Shown here piece after piece: positions 10,267 through 21,658 of a stretch of DNA of 64,000 bases. The stretch lies in assembly GCA_000004985.1 (NCBI GenBank), contig GG738891.1; one strand, written 5' to 3'. The notes beneath the pieces are model-generated. The model searched no databases. It had not been told where the DNA came from and was given only the letters and a program-made list of their open reading frames with translations. How positions within the stretch are numbered: position 1 is the first letter of the stretch; every line of letters starts with the position of its first letter. The stretch comes from Naegleria gruberi. Lineage: Eukaryota. A program made the position numbers and the translations under genes.

Positions 10267-12614
10267 ATGATGGGAACAATTTCCCTCCCAAGTTGTTTGG
10301 CGCCTCTCACCACTATGAAACAATCATTTAATAAAAAACAAATGAACAACACCACGACCACAAACCTGCTGACGACAAGCAACACTCCTGCTACAGCAAA
10401 TAGAAGTGAAGGAGTACAACAAATGAATACTTGTGGCCGAAGCAATACATCATCAACAATGCCAAGCAATATTCAACATGAATATACTATTGCTTCATCT
10501 CAAGTGCCAAATAATTATTCACGGGAATATACTTTTCTGAAAAACAATTCTAGGAGCAACTCTTCTGCACAGGAAATTAGTTCTTCTATTCAAGGACCAT
10601 TCTCTGAAACAATGTCAATTAAAACTGAGAAGATAGCAGCTGGGATATCAGAAAGAGCAAATGTTTCTCCATTTTCTGAAAGTAAGCCAATAATTGCTTC
10701 TTCATGTATTGAAACATTTACAAATCCATACCATACTCCTTTACTGGGTACGCAATCAATGATCGAGCCTTGTGTACCAATAAGAAAGCTTCCAAACCTT
10801 ACCATAAATGTAAACAATAATAGTAGCACTGCTGTCCTTGCATCAGCTGGTTCACATTCTGCTAAACCAAATCAAACTTCACCTCCTCCACCTTCCAATT
10901 TTCCAACAATTCCATTACTTCCAGCCAATTTCACAACAACTACCACTTTAAGTAGTGGTACTTGCACATCAGTGCTTGGCAACTGTGGACCAATTCCATT
11001 TTCCTTTTCAAAGCCAACTAGTTCATTTGCAGAATTAGGAGAAATCATTTCTCAAGGTAACTTTGGAATACCTAATTCCTCAACCTATTGTAATGATACC
11101 ATTAGTTGCAATTCTACTACTAGCTCTACTTTTGAAGAACCTAAGAAAGTCAAGAATAGAAAAGAAAAATCACTCACCATGATTTGCAGCAAGTTTATCC
11201 AATACTATGAAGAAAAGGCTAATAGCCCAACAACTAGCGCTCAATCAAAGGGTGACATTAAGATTGAAGAAGCTGTTAACACACTAGGTATTGAAAAGAG
11301 AAGAATTTATGATATTTTAAATGTCCTCGAAAGTATTTCTATTGTAACAAAAGTTGGTGTTTCATGCTATAAATTCAATGGAACAAAGTGCCTCAACGCT
11401 ACTCTTGAACAAATGAAAAACAGTGCTTTCGTAGATCCACTCCTTTTTGAAGGTATTCAATCACTCCCAAAAAATCCACAAAACGAACCAATTATTAAGA
11501 GTTTATCAAAGTTTAAACAATCATCTATGACTCATACTTCAAGATCGAACACATTGACATCATTGAGCAGGCTCTTGATTATGTGTTTCTTGGCAACTGA
11601 AGTTAAAGAAATTACACAAGATCAACTTTTGGCCATTGTGCTAAAAGATTCTACCGAAAAGAGTAAGTTGTCAAAGAAATTTTATTCTAATTATGATAAT
11701 TAATAGCGAGAACAAGAAGATTAAATGATATTGTAAACATTTTATCTGCCATTCACTTACTTGAAAAGAAAACTGAAAAGAGTGTTAATGTTTTCAAGTG
11801 GCTTGGTGGATCTTACGCAAATGAAAACAAACCAGTCAGTTCTATCATATCTCCTTCTAAAATGCCTCTGAAAAAGAGAAAGAGAGTTAAGGCTGGATCA
11901 CAAGGATCAGATAACGAAACATCTCCATTAACCATTGAAGGTGGTCCTTCTTTTTCTATTGTTGATATACCACAACCTGAAAATTCAAAGAACGAAATTT
12001 CTGAAATTAGTCCAGTGCCAATCTCTACAGTTTCTCCATCATTTTTCCAAAGCAGTACAACCACTTGTAAAACTCCAACATCTAGTGGTAGCAACAGCAG
12101 TGGTGGTCTTCATTTTCAATTCAGATCGCCACCAAGTAAGAAGAATAAGACCATTCCACTTTCTTCATTCACAACTGTTTTGGGAGGCGCACCAAAGATT
12201 TCTCCAAAGAACTTGAATGAAATCTTCAAGTCAAGCGAGCAACCAATTACGAATAATTCAAATATTCCTGTCCAAAGCCCAACCATTCCAAATGCTGGTA
12301 TTACCACAACATTTGGTAAATTGGGCTCTGGAAGCATTTTTTCACAAACTTCTGGTCAAGTTTCACCTCGAGTAATGCCTTCAGCTATTAAGGCAACCAT
12401 TTTCAACGAAAATAATAAGGAAAATGTCTGTAAGCCAACAGTTTCTCAAACTACAAAGAAACCATTATCACCTAACGACAATGCACAACAAGGTAAAATC
12501 ACTTTCAAGATTCGTGGTACCAATGAAACAACTTTAGCTCCAAGACAACCACTTGGTCTTAAAACAGACAATGGCGTTAATAATCAACAAAATATTAAAT
12601 CTCCAAGACCTTAA
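10267..12614 (+). CDS. Atypical E2F-family transcription factor (E2F7/E2F8/DEL-like) with two winged-helix DNA-binding domains
   Basis: join(10267..11662,11707..12614); 44-nt intron gtaagt..tag in phase 1 fuses track ORFs 10267..11703 and 11862..12614. DBD1 is KSLTMICSKFIQYYEE...IKIEEAVNTLGIEKRRIYDILNVLESISIVTKVG. DBD2 spans the intron: ...TRTRRLNDIVNILSAIHLLEKKTEKSVNVFKWLGG. The N-terminus and tail are long Ser/Thr/Asn-rich low-complexity regions. Confidence 0.65.
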
Positions 12615-12630
12615 ATTTTCTAAAATAGTT

Positions 12631-14906
12631 TTATTTATTCAACAGCTTCATTAATCGTTCAGAATCTACTACAGATGCATCTTTTTCAAGTTTCTTTTTA
12701 CAAGTAAGGTAGGCACGTTCAGCTTGTGCAACAATATTGTTCAGCTCTATGGCTCCAGAAAGATCAATGCATGCCTTCAAAATATCATCAAATCTATACT
12801 TTTGTGTGACAACCTCGTTTCTAATTTTTTGTAACATGGCGTAACAGATGAAAAGATGGAAGTGGTTTCCATATATTCCAGTCCATAACTTTTCCCACAT
12901 ATTTTTGCATGATTCAAAATCAAACTCTCTTTTCAACTCCACTAACACCCATCTGAAACAGAAATACAAGTTAAGTGCATCAACAGATTGTAAGTGACGG
13001 TAGAATTCAGGATCAAGTAATTTGATCAAAGAAACCAATGACACTAATTGATCTTCCATTCCTTGAGAATTCATCTCAAAGTTACTTTGTCTAGTTTCCA
13101 TTATACAAGCAAAACACCAGAATGATTCTACTTCATCTTTCATAATTTCTAACATAATACTGGCATAATCTCCCATTCCTTGTACATAACTCAAATCAAA
13201 ATTGTAGAAAGTGTATGTCAACAGGATGTCATGTAACATAACCAACCATTCACTATCATCACTAGCATACATTGGATGAGTTCTGTCTGTTCTAATAACA
13301 TCCTTTTCTATTCTGCTCTTTCTGTCTCTATAAAGAGCAAATCTAGATTCTTGAATGGTAGAAATTGTTGTCCATTGAGATTTATAACCATAGTATTCCT
13401 TTCTCTTTTCCTCGAGCAGAACTTCTCTTTCACTATAGGTCGAGTTATGAGGATAAAATCCTAACAAGAATTTCCAAACTTCCTTTCTTATACTATTTTC
13501 AACTCCTCCATAGTAAATTTTTTCCTTAAGAGCTTGGAAATCCTTAATTCTACCTTCCTCATCAAAGTATGTCTTCCAAGATTCAGCAGTGATTGGAGTA
13601 TCCATTCTTGGAGTCCAACCAATATCTTCTGGTGATTCAATTTTAGGCTTTTGTTGTTGTACATCTATAACTTTGACTGGTTCAATATCGTTGAAATAAT
13701 CATCTACTTCCTTGTTTTCCTCTGGCAAATAATTATCATATATTGATTCCTTAAGAGATTCTCTTATTATAGGTGGTGGAACTTTCTTCTTGTCCTCTAA
13801 TTAACGATTAAGATCAAATGATATAATTTAACAAAAAACATACCTTCCATCTTTTGCCTTACTTTGAGTAAACTCATAGCAAGATTTTCCGAGCCTCCAA
13901 CTTTGTTATCTACTGAAAGTTCATCTGATTGATTGAATAGTGCACTTGTTAAATCTCTAGCTCCTTTTGTAATTTTACTTCCCCACTCCAAGATTTGCCA
14001 GTATCCATCCTTCTCCTTATACATATCATCAAAATAGTCATCAAAATTAAATTGGTTGATGGTTTTTGATGCTTCTGATGACTCTGCAGAAATGTAGTAA
14101 ATATTCTGATCTTTACTACTCTTTTTCAATGTCACTTGTCTATTAAATTCTGAAATGAAATCTACCAATCCACCATCATGGAAAAACAATGGAGGATAAG
14201 TTGTTTCATCTCTCATTGTGATTAAAAGAAAATGATATCCTAATTTTGGAGTTTGTTTTTTGAAATGAGAAATATCTACTGTTCTCACAACCAATGCGTA
14301 TGCTGATTCATTTCTTTGAACAAATGGGCTATTATTTTGACTTATATCTACAATACTTCCTTGTGATGGACTACTTGCTAAATTTGAGTTTGGAACTCTA
14401 TGAGAATATCTATCAGGTGTTACAATTTCTCCATTAGATCTTTCATGTAAAACTAAATCGCTATTAAAAGTACAAAGTGTTGAATATGGACACCAAACTA
14501 CATAATAACAAGATCTTAAAACTGGTTGTACATTAGATGTTTCAACAATAAGAGATTTAGCTGTCATTACACTTCTACCAGTATTTTCTGTAGTTTTTTC
14601 AGTCAAATCCCTCACTAAAAACATAGCACCAGGAATTTGGTCAACAATATCCGAACCTTTTTGATTTGTTGTTTGAATAGAAGTGTGGATATAGATATCA
14701 TCCTTTCTCACTACAATTGAATACTTTGAAGATGCTAAATTTTGAGAAGAAAGCAATTCCCTAATATTGGGAGTATCTCCTCTCACATAGAATGAACTTC
14801 CGAATGTTGAATCTGAATTAAAAACTACTTGTGGTGATCCTTCTTCACTTTCATCATCTGATGATTCATGATGATAAATCAAAACACTATTATTTAAATC
14901 ATCCAT
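12631..14906 (-). CDS. TBC-domain Rab GTPase-activating protein (TBC1D15/TBC1D17/Gyp7-like)
   Basis: join(complement 13844..14906, 12631..13796); 47-nt intron (gtatgt..ttag) in phase 1 joins track ORFs 13797..14924 and 12631..13728. The N-terminal exon resembles the TBC1D15 N-terminal domain. The C-terminal exon has the Arg-finger IRTDRTHP and Gln-finger YVQGMGDY of the TBC domain. The real ATG is at 14906; the track start is a TTG. Confidence 0.75.
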
Positions 14907-15241
14907 TCTAAATATAATATACAATTACAATCAATATACAACTCCAATTATTCTTCTAAAGTTAGCCTTTATAATCGGAAGAGTTTCTATTCGTTGAAAT
15001 TTGGAGTAACTTTTAGCAACAACACACGTGATGATGATTGTTGTTCGTTATTTTTTTTTAGTATTAAGTGATGAGCTGTTTTTATATTGTGTTACCGCGA
15101 AGAACAATTGAAACACGTTTGATTGAGAGAGAGATGAAGATTTATTAATAACTTTCTAATTGAAGATTTGTTAATATTTCAAAGATCAATGAATAATTTT
15201 ACTCTTTTACAAATGGTTTGAGTTTTTGGTTGACAAAAAAA

Positions 15242-17146
15242 ATGGGCAAACGAAAACATTCAAAAATTGCTAAAGAAAATCATCAAGTTGATAATGATGA
15301 CCAAATAGAAGAAGAGAAAATAGTGGTTTTACCTCCTAAGGTATCAACAAAAAAGAAGAAGAAAAAGAAGAGAAAGAAAACTTCTCATGCATCTATCTCT
15401 TCATCATCAGTCTCGACAATTAATTCTGGTAATTCTATTGGATCGGAAATGATTAAAAAATGGAATCAAATTATTAGTTTGCAAGATACACTTCAATTAA
15501 TATTGGGTTTCATTCCCGATTATTTATTGGAAAGAACGATGAGATTTGTGAATAGGGATTTTTATTTGGCTTCTTCTGTGGTTTTTAGAGAATTGAAAAC
15601 TTGTTTGAAACTTTCTAAATTTAATGGTGACGAGAAAATATTGGAGAGTTGGAAAAAGTTTAAAAATCTGAAGAGTATTGACTTGGAATTTAAATTAGGG
15701 CATGAGGAGTTTAATGCTTCTGGTATGACAGATTTTGGAATTGAAACATGTATAATTAACTTTACAAATTCAGTATTTTCAAAGCCTCTTGTGGGAACTA
15801 AATGGGCTGATACTTTGAGATACTTAGATATTTGTATCCAGCATCAACAGTTTTGTCTATTATTTGAGTTGAGTTTACATACCTTAATAGTAGAACTCCA
15901 AGAAGATAGTGAAATAGATCTAAAGATAGGAAAAGAAGAAAAACCTCTATTCAACAGTTTGACATATTTTAATTATTCTTTATCAACATTCAATAATATG
16001 GAGGAATTCATCAATAGACTTGTTAACCTTACAACGTTAAGGAGTGATGATGAAATGAATATTGAGTTACTGAAACTACCAAAAATTAAGATGTATGACT
16101 GCGCACAGTTTGAACTAGAAGGAATACCAAAGGCATTCCCAAGGTTGGAACACCTCAAATCTTCCTCCTTTCTTTCAACAGCAGATATATTACAAGCACT
16201 AACTCTAAAAACCTTAAAAACTTTATCACTTAACGTAAACACAAGTTCATTTGATTTACTATCAGACGCAATTTTTAGCCTACCACTCCTAGAAAAACTA
16301 TCATTGTTTATCAACTTTAGTAGCTCAGAAAATAATGATGTCATTGCATCAAAGCCATTACCTTATTTGAAAAAGGTCAAATTGGTTCTTATTGATTATG
16401 ATGATGAAATACCTCCAGTATCTATTAGTCATTTCAATCAATGTGAAAATATTGAGAAAATTAGTTTTTTAGATGAAGCGCGACAAATATCAGTAGATCT
16501 TAATGATTTTTCTCCTTTTTCCAAGCTGAAAAGTATTCTAATAACGTGTAAATCTGTTTCTAATTGGAAAAATCCTGTATCTACATTAGAAATTTTGTCC
16601 ATTACTACAGAAAAAGCAAGTAATATAACCCTGATAGGACTCGATAAATTGAGAGAGATAGATTTTGTGTCAGAAAATACGAGTAGTTTAGTTAAATACT
16701 TTAATCATCATGCACCTTGTGATGGCCTTAAAAAATTGAACATTTCTGGAAAAGACATTTTGAAATACCCATTCCCATCAAATCTGGAAAGTCTCACCAT
16801 TAGTAATTTGGAACTCAAAGAAACTGATGATAATTTTACCAACATTTTAAAGAAACAAACTAATCTTAGAAAAATAGTAATTGAAGAATCCAAACTTGAC
16901 CTTCTCTCAATACTAGAAACATTAACATGCCTCATTCATCAAGTTACGAAAATATCCATTGCTGGTAAATCATCCCCAACCCATTCAGAATCCAAATACA
17001 TCACCAATCTACTCAGAGTCCTCTCCATTTTCGATTCAAAGAGAATAATATTGGAATTAACTGAATTCAGTTTAACATTCTCTCATCAAGGAACAAGATA
17101 TCTCCGTTCTCAAATCAAGTCTCGTTTATTTGAATATTGGAAGTGA
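15242..17146 (+). CDS. F-box-like / leucine-rich-repeat protein
   Basis: The track ORF 15218..17146 begins at a TTG; the first ATG (MGKRKHSK) is at 15242. Lys-rich N-terminus, F-box-like segment (LQLILGFIPDYLLERTMRFVNRDF), then degenerate LRRs. See findings: a start-less coding exon in the +1 frame overlaps its 3' end. Confidence 0.5.
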   Translation: MGKRKHSKIAKENHQVDNDDQIEEEKIVVLPPKVSTKKKKKKKRKKTSHASISSSSVSTINSGNSIGSEMIKKWNQIISLQDTLQLILGFIPDYLLERTMRFVNRDFYLASSVVFRELKTCLKLSKFNGDEKILESWKKFKNLKSIDLEFKLGHEEFNASGMTDFGIETCIINFTNSVFSKPLVGTKWADTLRYLDICIQHQQFCLLFELSLHTLIVELQEDSEIDLKIGKEEKPLFNSLTYFNYSLSTFNNMEEFINRLVNLTTLRSDDEMNIELLKLPKIKMYDCAQFELEGIPKAFPRLEHLKSSSFLSTADILQALTLKTLKTLSLNVNTSSFDLLSDAIFSLPLLEKLSLFINFSSSENNDVIASKPLPYLKKVKLVLIDYDDEIPPVSISHFNQCENIEKISFLDEARQISVDLNDFSPFSKLKSILITCKSVSNWKNPVSTLEILSITTEKASNITLIGLDKLREIDFVSENTSSLVKYFNHHAPCDGLKKLNISGKDILKYPFPSNLESLTISNLELKETDDNFTNILKKQTNLRKIVIEESKLDLLSILETLTCLIHQVTKISIAGKSSPTHSESKYITNLLRVLSIFDSKRIILELTEFSLTFSHQGTRYLRSQIKSRLFEYWK

Positions 17147-17895
17147 GGATCAATTAAATGGAACTCAATTCTGTAATTCAATAACAAAGAATATTTGTGA
17201 CAAATTTTGTGATCTATTCAGAAAGGACATTCAAAATACATCAGTTAGAAAGGCATTCAAAGCATTCAAACCTCACTTGAATGTAATTTATAGAGATGTT
17301 ATTCTTTCAATAGGTAAACAATTGATTTATGATTGTACATGTTGTGATGCAAAGGTTGGATGGTTACACATATTTAACATTAAAAATTGCCCCAATATCT
17401 TTACTCCAATAGAGGTTCAAATAGTGGAACAGAAACCAACCAAGAAAAATTCCAAGAGGTAAGTGCATACTAAAAATTAGAGATCTAATACTAGATAGTA
17501 AGAATACAGTACAAAATATTGAAATGGCAAACACCTTTACCAAAGAACTTTCCCATTTTCAATGGATAATTGAATTAGAGAATGATCAACCACAAGTAGT
17601 TATTCTAGTCAATGATTTTCTAAATGCCTTTGTAAAAATTTGTAAAATATTCCCAGAAATACCCAACTTTACCAAAGTACGAGCCAAAACAGCTCCATCA
17701 AACACTTTTCAAGAGTGTTACATAATGAAATTTAACAATACTTTTGCCTGTCTACCAATAACAATAGATGCAGGAAATATTGATATAGAATCAGATATCC
17801 AATCAATTGTAAATATTCACTTGGAACGAATTGATAAATTTTTGGAAACTATACAAACAGAACTATCCCCACAAATAACCAATATTAAACTATAG
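17076..17895 (+). CDS. Cys-rich hypothetical protein segment: start-less exon plus a downstream exon (possibly the C-terminal part of the preceding LRR gene)
   Basis: Frame open from 17076; the track starts it at a TTG (17130). There is no ATG or internal Met in the 128 codons before a canonical 40-nt intron (17459..17498, gtaagt..atag), which splices in phase into track ORF 17524..17895 (MANTFTKELSHFQWIIELEND...). Contains a CxxC-rich segment (CNSITKNICDKFCDLF ... DCTCCDAKVGW). Confidence 0.4.
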
Positions 17896-17935
17896 ATCTG
17901 TCATGATAAGAAGATCAGTAATGATATATATAGTT

Positions 17936-18505
17936 TTACATCTTTGAATCAAAAGGTCCATTATGAATTCTAAGTCCAGTCTTTAGACAATTCAAATAAT
18001 ATCCATAAAATAAATCTTTACAGTTTTCATGTGTAAGCATGACATTTGCTGGATTAAACTCTTTAGCTCCCAAATTCATTAATTTGAAACATTTTTCATA
18101 CAATTTATAATGTAAATTGCATTTTCTAGTATTTGAAGCTGTTGCTGCTGCAAGATAATGCCTCCTATAAATACAATCACCATAATCCTTTGATATCTTT
18201 AAACAATCTTTATCATAATTAATTTCTTGATTATTCTGAAAACAATTTTTTAATTCATTATGTTCTAGAGAACAAACTAATCCACTAAATTTAAATGCAA
18301 ATGTATCCAATGTATCAAGTTGAACTCTGTAGAGTATTTCTCTCGGAATTTGTTTTTCATCTACTGGTCCAGCAGAGAATAATTCTCCCGATTCATAGTT
18401 GGGCATTTTTTTATTTGGTTTTTTAATTATTTGTTTTATTACTTTATTTTCACAACAAGTGAAAGTACTATAATATAATTCATTGAAAAAGTTACTGTAT
18501 TGCAT
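17936..18505 (-). CDS. Hypothetical Cys-containing protein (189 aa)
   Basis: ATG-initiated single ORF with no recognisable domain. The composition is not low-complexity. Confidence 0.4.
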   Translation of the reverse strand: MQYSNFFNELYYSTFTCCENKVIKQIIKKPNKKMPNYESGELFSAGPVDEKQIPREILYRVQLDTLDTFAFKFSGLVCSLEHNELKNCFQNNQEINYDKDCLKISKDYGDCIYRRHYLAAATASNTRKCNLHYKLYEKCFKLMNLGAKEFNPANVMLTHENCKDLFYGYYLNCLKTGLRIHNGPFDSKM

Positions 18506-18593
18506 TCATAACATTGATAATTGTAAGAGTATTTAATTATTCAATTATTCGGCTATAATTGAATTTTTATTTTTTTCATCAAGAAGGAAAAAA

Positions 18594-18797
18594 ATGGCTT
18601 TGTCCACTGTTCACGGAAAAGATTTAAAGATTTTAGGCGCCATCGTATTCGCTAGGTAAGTTGATGATGATGTTTAGTAGTGGAGATTAATTGATGATGA
18701 TTATAGAGTGTTGGTTAAAGCATACAGGGAATACACTAGACCAGATTATGCTGAAGTCACAAAGGCTGCCATTGGAAACGCACCAGCAAGCAATTAA
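18594..18797 (+). CDS. Small two-exon protein (50 aa), likely small membrane/mitochondrial subunit-like
   Basis: join(18594..18655,18707..18797); 51-nt intron gtaagt..tatag in phase 2, aaaaATG context. The product is MALSTVHGKDLKILGAIVFARVLVKAYREYTRPDYAEVTKAAIGNAPASN. It is invisible to the ORF track (too short, spliced). Confidence 0.4.
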
Positions 18798-18851
18798 ATT
18801 TTCGGATGTTTGATAGTTTTAAAGTGATTGTACAATTTAAAATATATATAT

Positions 18852-21633
18852 TTAAATAATAGGATTTTCTTTTAGAAATTTTCTGATAGAATCATATTCT
18901 CCTTTCGGGTGGGGTAAAACATCATCAAACTGATCAAAACTTAGGGTATATATAGTTCTTGGACCAGTTTGTTCAAGTGTTATTTCCTTCTCCCAATCTT
19001 CTTTTACATACAAATCCATAATTGATGGTCTTTGTTTTATCTCCTTCAAATGCTTCTTGCTAACTTGCTTTTTCAATTTCGTTTCAACAATATCATAATT
19101 CTTTTCGGCAACATCTTGTTTTTCTACTATATTTCCAAACATTGATTCACCAGGTGTATAGTTGAGTACCTTCTCTGCATCATTCTTGTTGAATAGACTG
19201 TTCTCTTTCAGTACTTGTCTAGCAGTTTGTTCATTAAATTCTTCGGATTGTTTTTGATGAAGTTTATACTCAATTCTTCTCGATGAATTGGGTATTATTG
19301 CTGGTGTATGTTGTGGAATGTCATACTCTGGTTCTGTATTCTGGGTTGGTTCAGTTTCAGCATCAGAGAAATGGTTGACTATCTTTACCTGATTAGAGGA
19401 TGATGATTTCTTCAGTGAGCTAGGTTTTGGCTTCTTTGGCACTAGAACCTCAATTTGAAGATTGGAACCTGAGTTGACTCTTGTTGTTTCTGGTTTGATA
19501 CGTTTTCTGAGTGGCTTACTAGCGTTAACTGGGGATTGAGATGCAATGACATCATCAATGATAACAGGCTTGGGGATTTCTTTCTCTCTTCGTATGACTG
19601 GCTTTGGAAGACTCTCAGTTATCTGTGGAGTTTGAATAAGCTCTTCATCTAGGGAAGGAGATTGTTTGTTAAATTCTGGAAGGGAATGAGTTTTGAGAAT
19701 GGGAGATGATTGTTTGGGCGGGGATTTCGTTTTTCTAATTTTGATAACCTGTGGCTCAGGAGTTAACATGTCTCTGTTTCTATCAATATCATTAAGGTCA
19801 ATACGATCGTCTTGAGGTTTGTTTGGAGTAAATTCTTGGCTCCATAGCATTTGGTCCATCGTTTGTGGTATTGTGGGATCCATATTGTCAGTAGATGGAC
19901 TTTTAGTTGGCTTTGGTACATTTCTAATCTCCCTTGGTAACGATATTGAGGATAAACTACTCATTACTGAGGTAACATCAGACAGCAGATCTTCATCAGA
20001 TGAATAATCGATAGTGTTAGGTTGTTGTTCTTCTTCTGTTAGCTCCTGTGCATGATCCTTCTCTTCGTGAGGGGAATAATATGACTGCATTTGTTTTGGA
20101 ACACTTTGTGGCCTAGGAGTTTCCAATGAAAAGCTCATGTTTTGATAAGACTCTTCTGGTTGCTCTGGTTGTTCGAGAGGGTATTCATCATAGTGATTTT
20201 CTTGTTGGTCTTTCTTGATAATTTGACTTATTATTTCATCAATCAGCCAAACATGACCCCTTCCATCCTTATCACAAGCTACCAAATGAGATCCTGGAAG
20301 TGGAATGGAGCTTTTTACATTAATACGATTGTCTTTCTTCATGCTAAATACTGTACAAAATAAAATAGGAGTTTCAAAACTATACTCCATTACCAAGAGT
20401 TGACCAATATAGAATTGCATTGAATTTGAAATAATCCTGTTATTCTTATCCCTGAATGAAACGGAAAACACGTTTACCATATCATTATTCATGAAAAAGC
20501 AAGTTACTGAATTCACAGTTATATTCTTTTAAAAGTCAATAAGTGAAATGAGAGTTTACATACAGGTTGATCTGAAATAATATAGTATGCTATTTGTAAA
20601 TTTAGTACTGTCTTTGAGTAAACGTCTTCAGACTCCTCATACAGATAAACTGTTCCTAGTTGATTACAAGCAATTAAAGATGACGAAGGCAAGAAGTCCC
20701 TCATTAGAGATAATGGACTCGATTCTAAAATGATTTGTTGAAGTAATTGTTGGTTTTCTATGTCGTGTCTGATTTACAATTAGATGAAAATTATTCCTTA
20801 ATTAAAACCTACATTAATAAAATTCCATCTTGTCCACCTCCACTCACTATAAATGGGTTCTTTGAGTAGCCACTTGTTGGTATTACAATGGCCACTTTTT
20901 GAAGAAATTGTTTTTTGTGTACACCTTTCAAAGACCAGGCCAATTCAAAAGACTCGTCTTGATTCATTTCAACACTCTCCTCTCTATGAATCCATACTTT
21001 TAAATCTCCATTAATTGATCCAGTTACTAAATAATTATTCTCCATGTCAAAACAAGTGATTTGATCTTGATGTTGAGCACATCCAAATACATGGGTCGAT
21101 CTGGCAAATAAACTATCATTCTCATAATATGTTTTTCCAAAGTGTACCACAGAGTAGAACATTTTGTTTGAATTTTGCTGTAAAAAGCAAATTTTGTATG
21201 CTGGACATCCATGATAGCATGGAGGCTCATCTTCCTCATTCTCAAATAAAATCCTTGATTTATAAGTCCTAGGTGTTGATAATTGATTATTAGAAATGAA
21301 TTTGAACTGTTTCCATGGTGTATTCAGAGGAATGATATCACCTTCTGATTCTACAAACAATTTGTAAATTGCATATTCATTTTGTTGTATGTTGAAAAGT
21401 CTAATTATTAGACAAGGTCACTCTCTACAACTGCAAACAAATACTCACTTTAAATAACCCTTATTATCCGATATACCAATAACTTCATCTTCAGTATGAA
21501 GAGATGGTACTTGATAGATTGTTGTAGTATAATCCTTAGTTGATGCATCCTCTGCATACCGATCCAGATAAAAATCCTCATCAATCCTTGCCAATCTAAA
21601 GCCAACCTGTTGTTCACTGCTTGTTTTCTGCAT
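18852..21633 (-). CDS. WD40-repeat protein with a long acidic/Pro/Ser-rich C-terminal tail; 4 exons
   Basis: join(complement 21449..21633, 20813..21400, 20564..20768, 18852..20525); introns of 48, 44 and 38 nt (gtgagt..ttag, gtaggt..tcag, gtatgt..aaag), all phase-consistent. They join track ORFs 21445..21666, 20809..21360, 20519..20704 and 18852..20516, whose track starts are GTG/TTG. WD-like blocks include ITCFDMENNYLVTGSINGDLKVWI, FIVSGGGQDGILLIHD, IACNQLGTVYLYE and LVACDKDGRGHVWLID. Confidence 0.6.
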
Positions 21634-21658
21634 TTTTTCTTTTTTTAAACTTAAAAAT
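21634..21658. promoter_or_regulatory. 25-bp spacer between the divergent start codons of the WD40 gene (-) and the GET1/WRB-like gene (+)
   Basis: ATG of the minus-strand gene is at 21633..21631; ATG of the plus-strand gene is at 21659..21661. 5'UTRs and promoters must overlap. Confidence 0.4.

Noticed and set aside
10238-10330. Upstream ATG at 10238 as the E2F start
   Set aside because: It is out of frame with the E2F ORF and terminates after 30 codons. The ATG at 10267/10270 is in frame.
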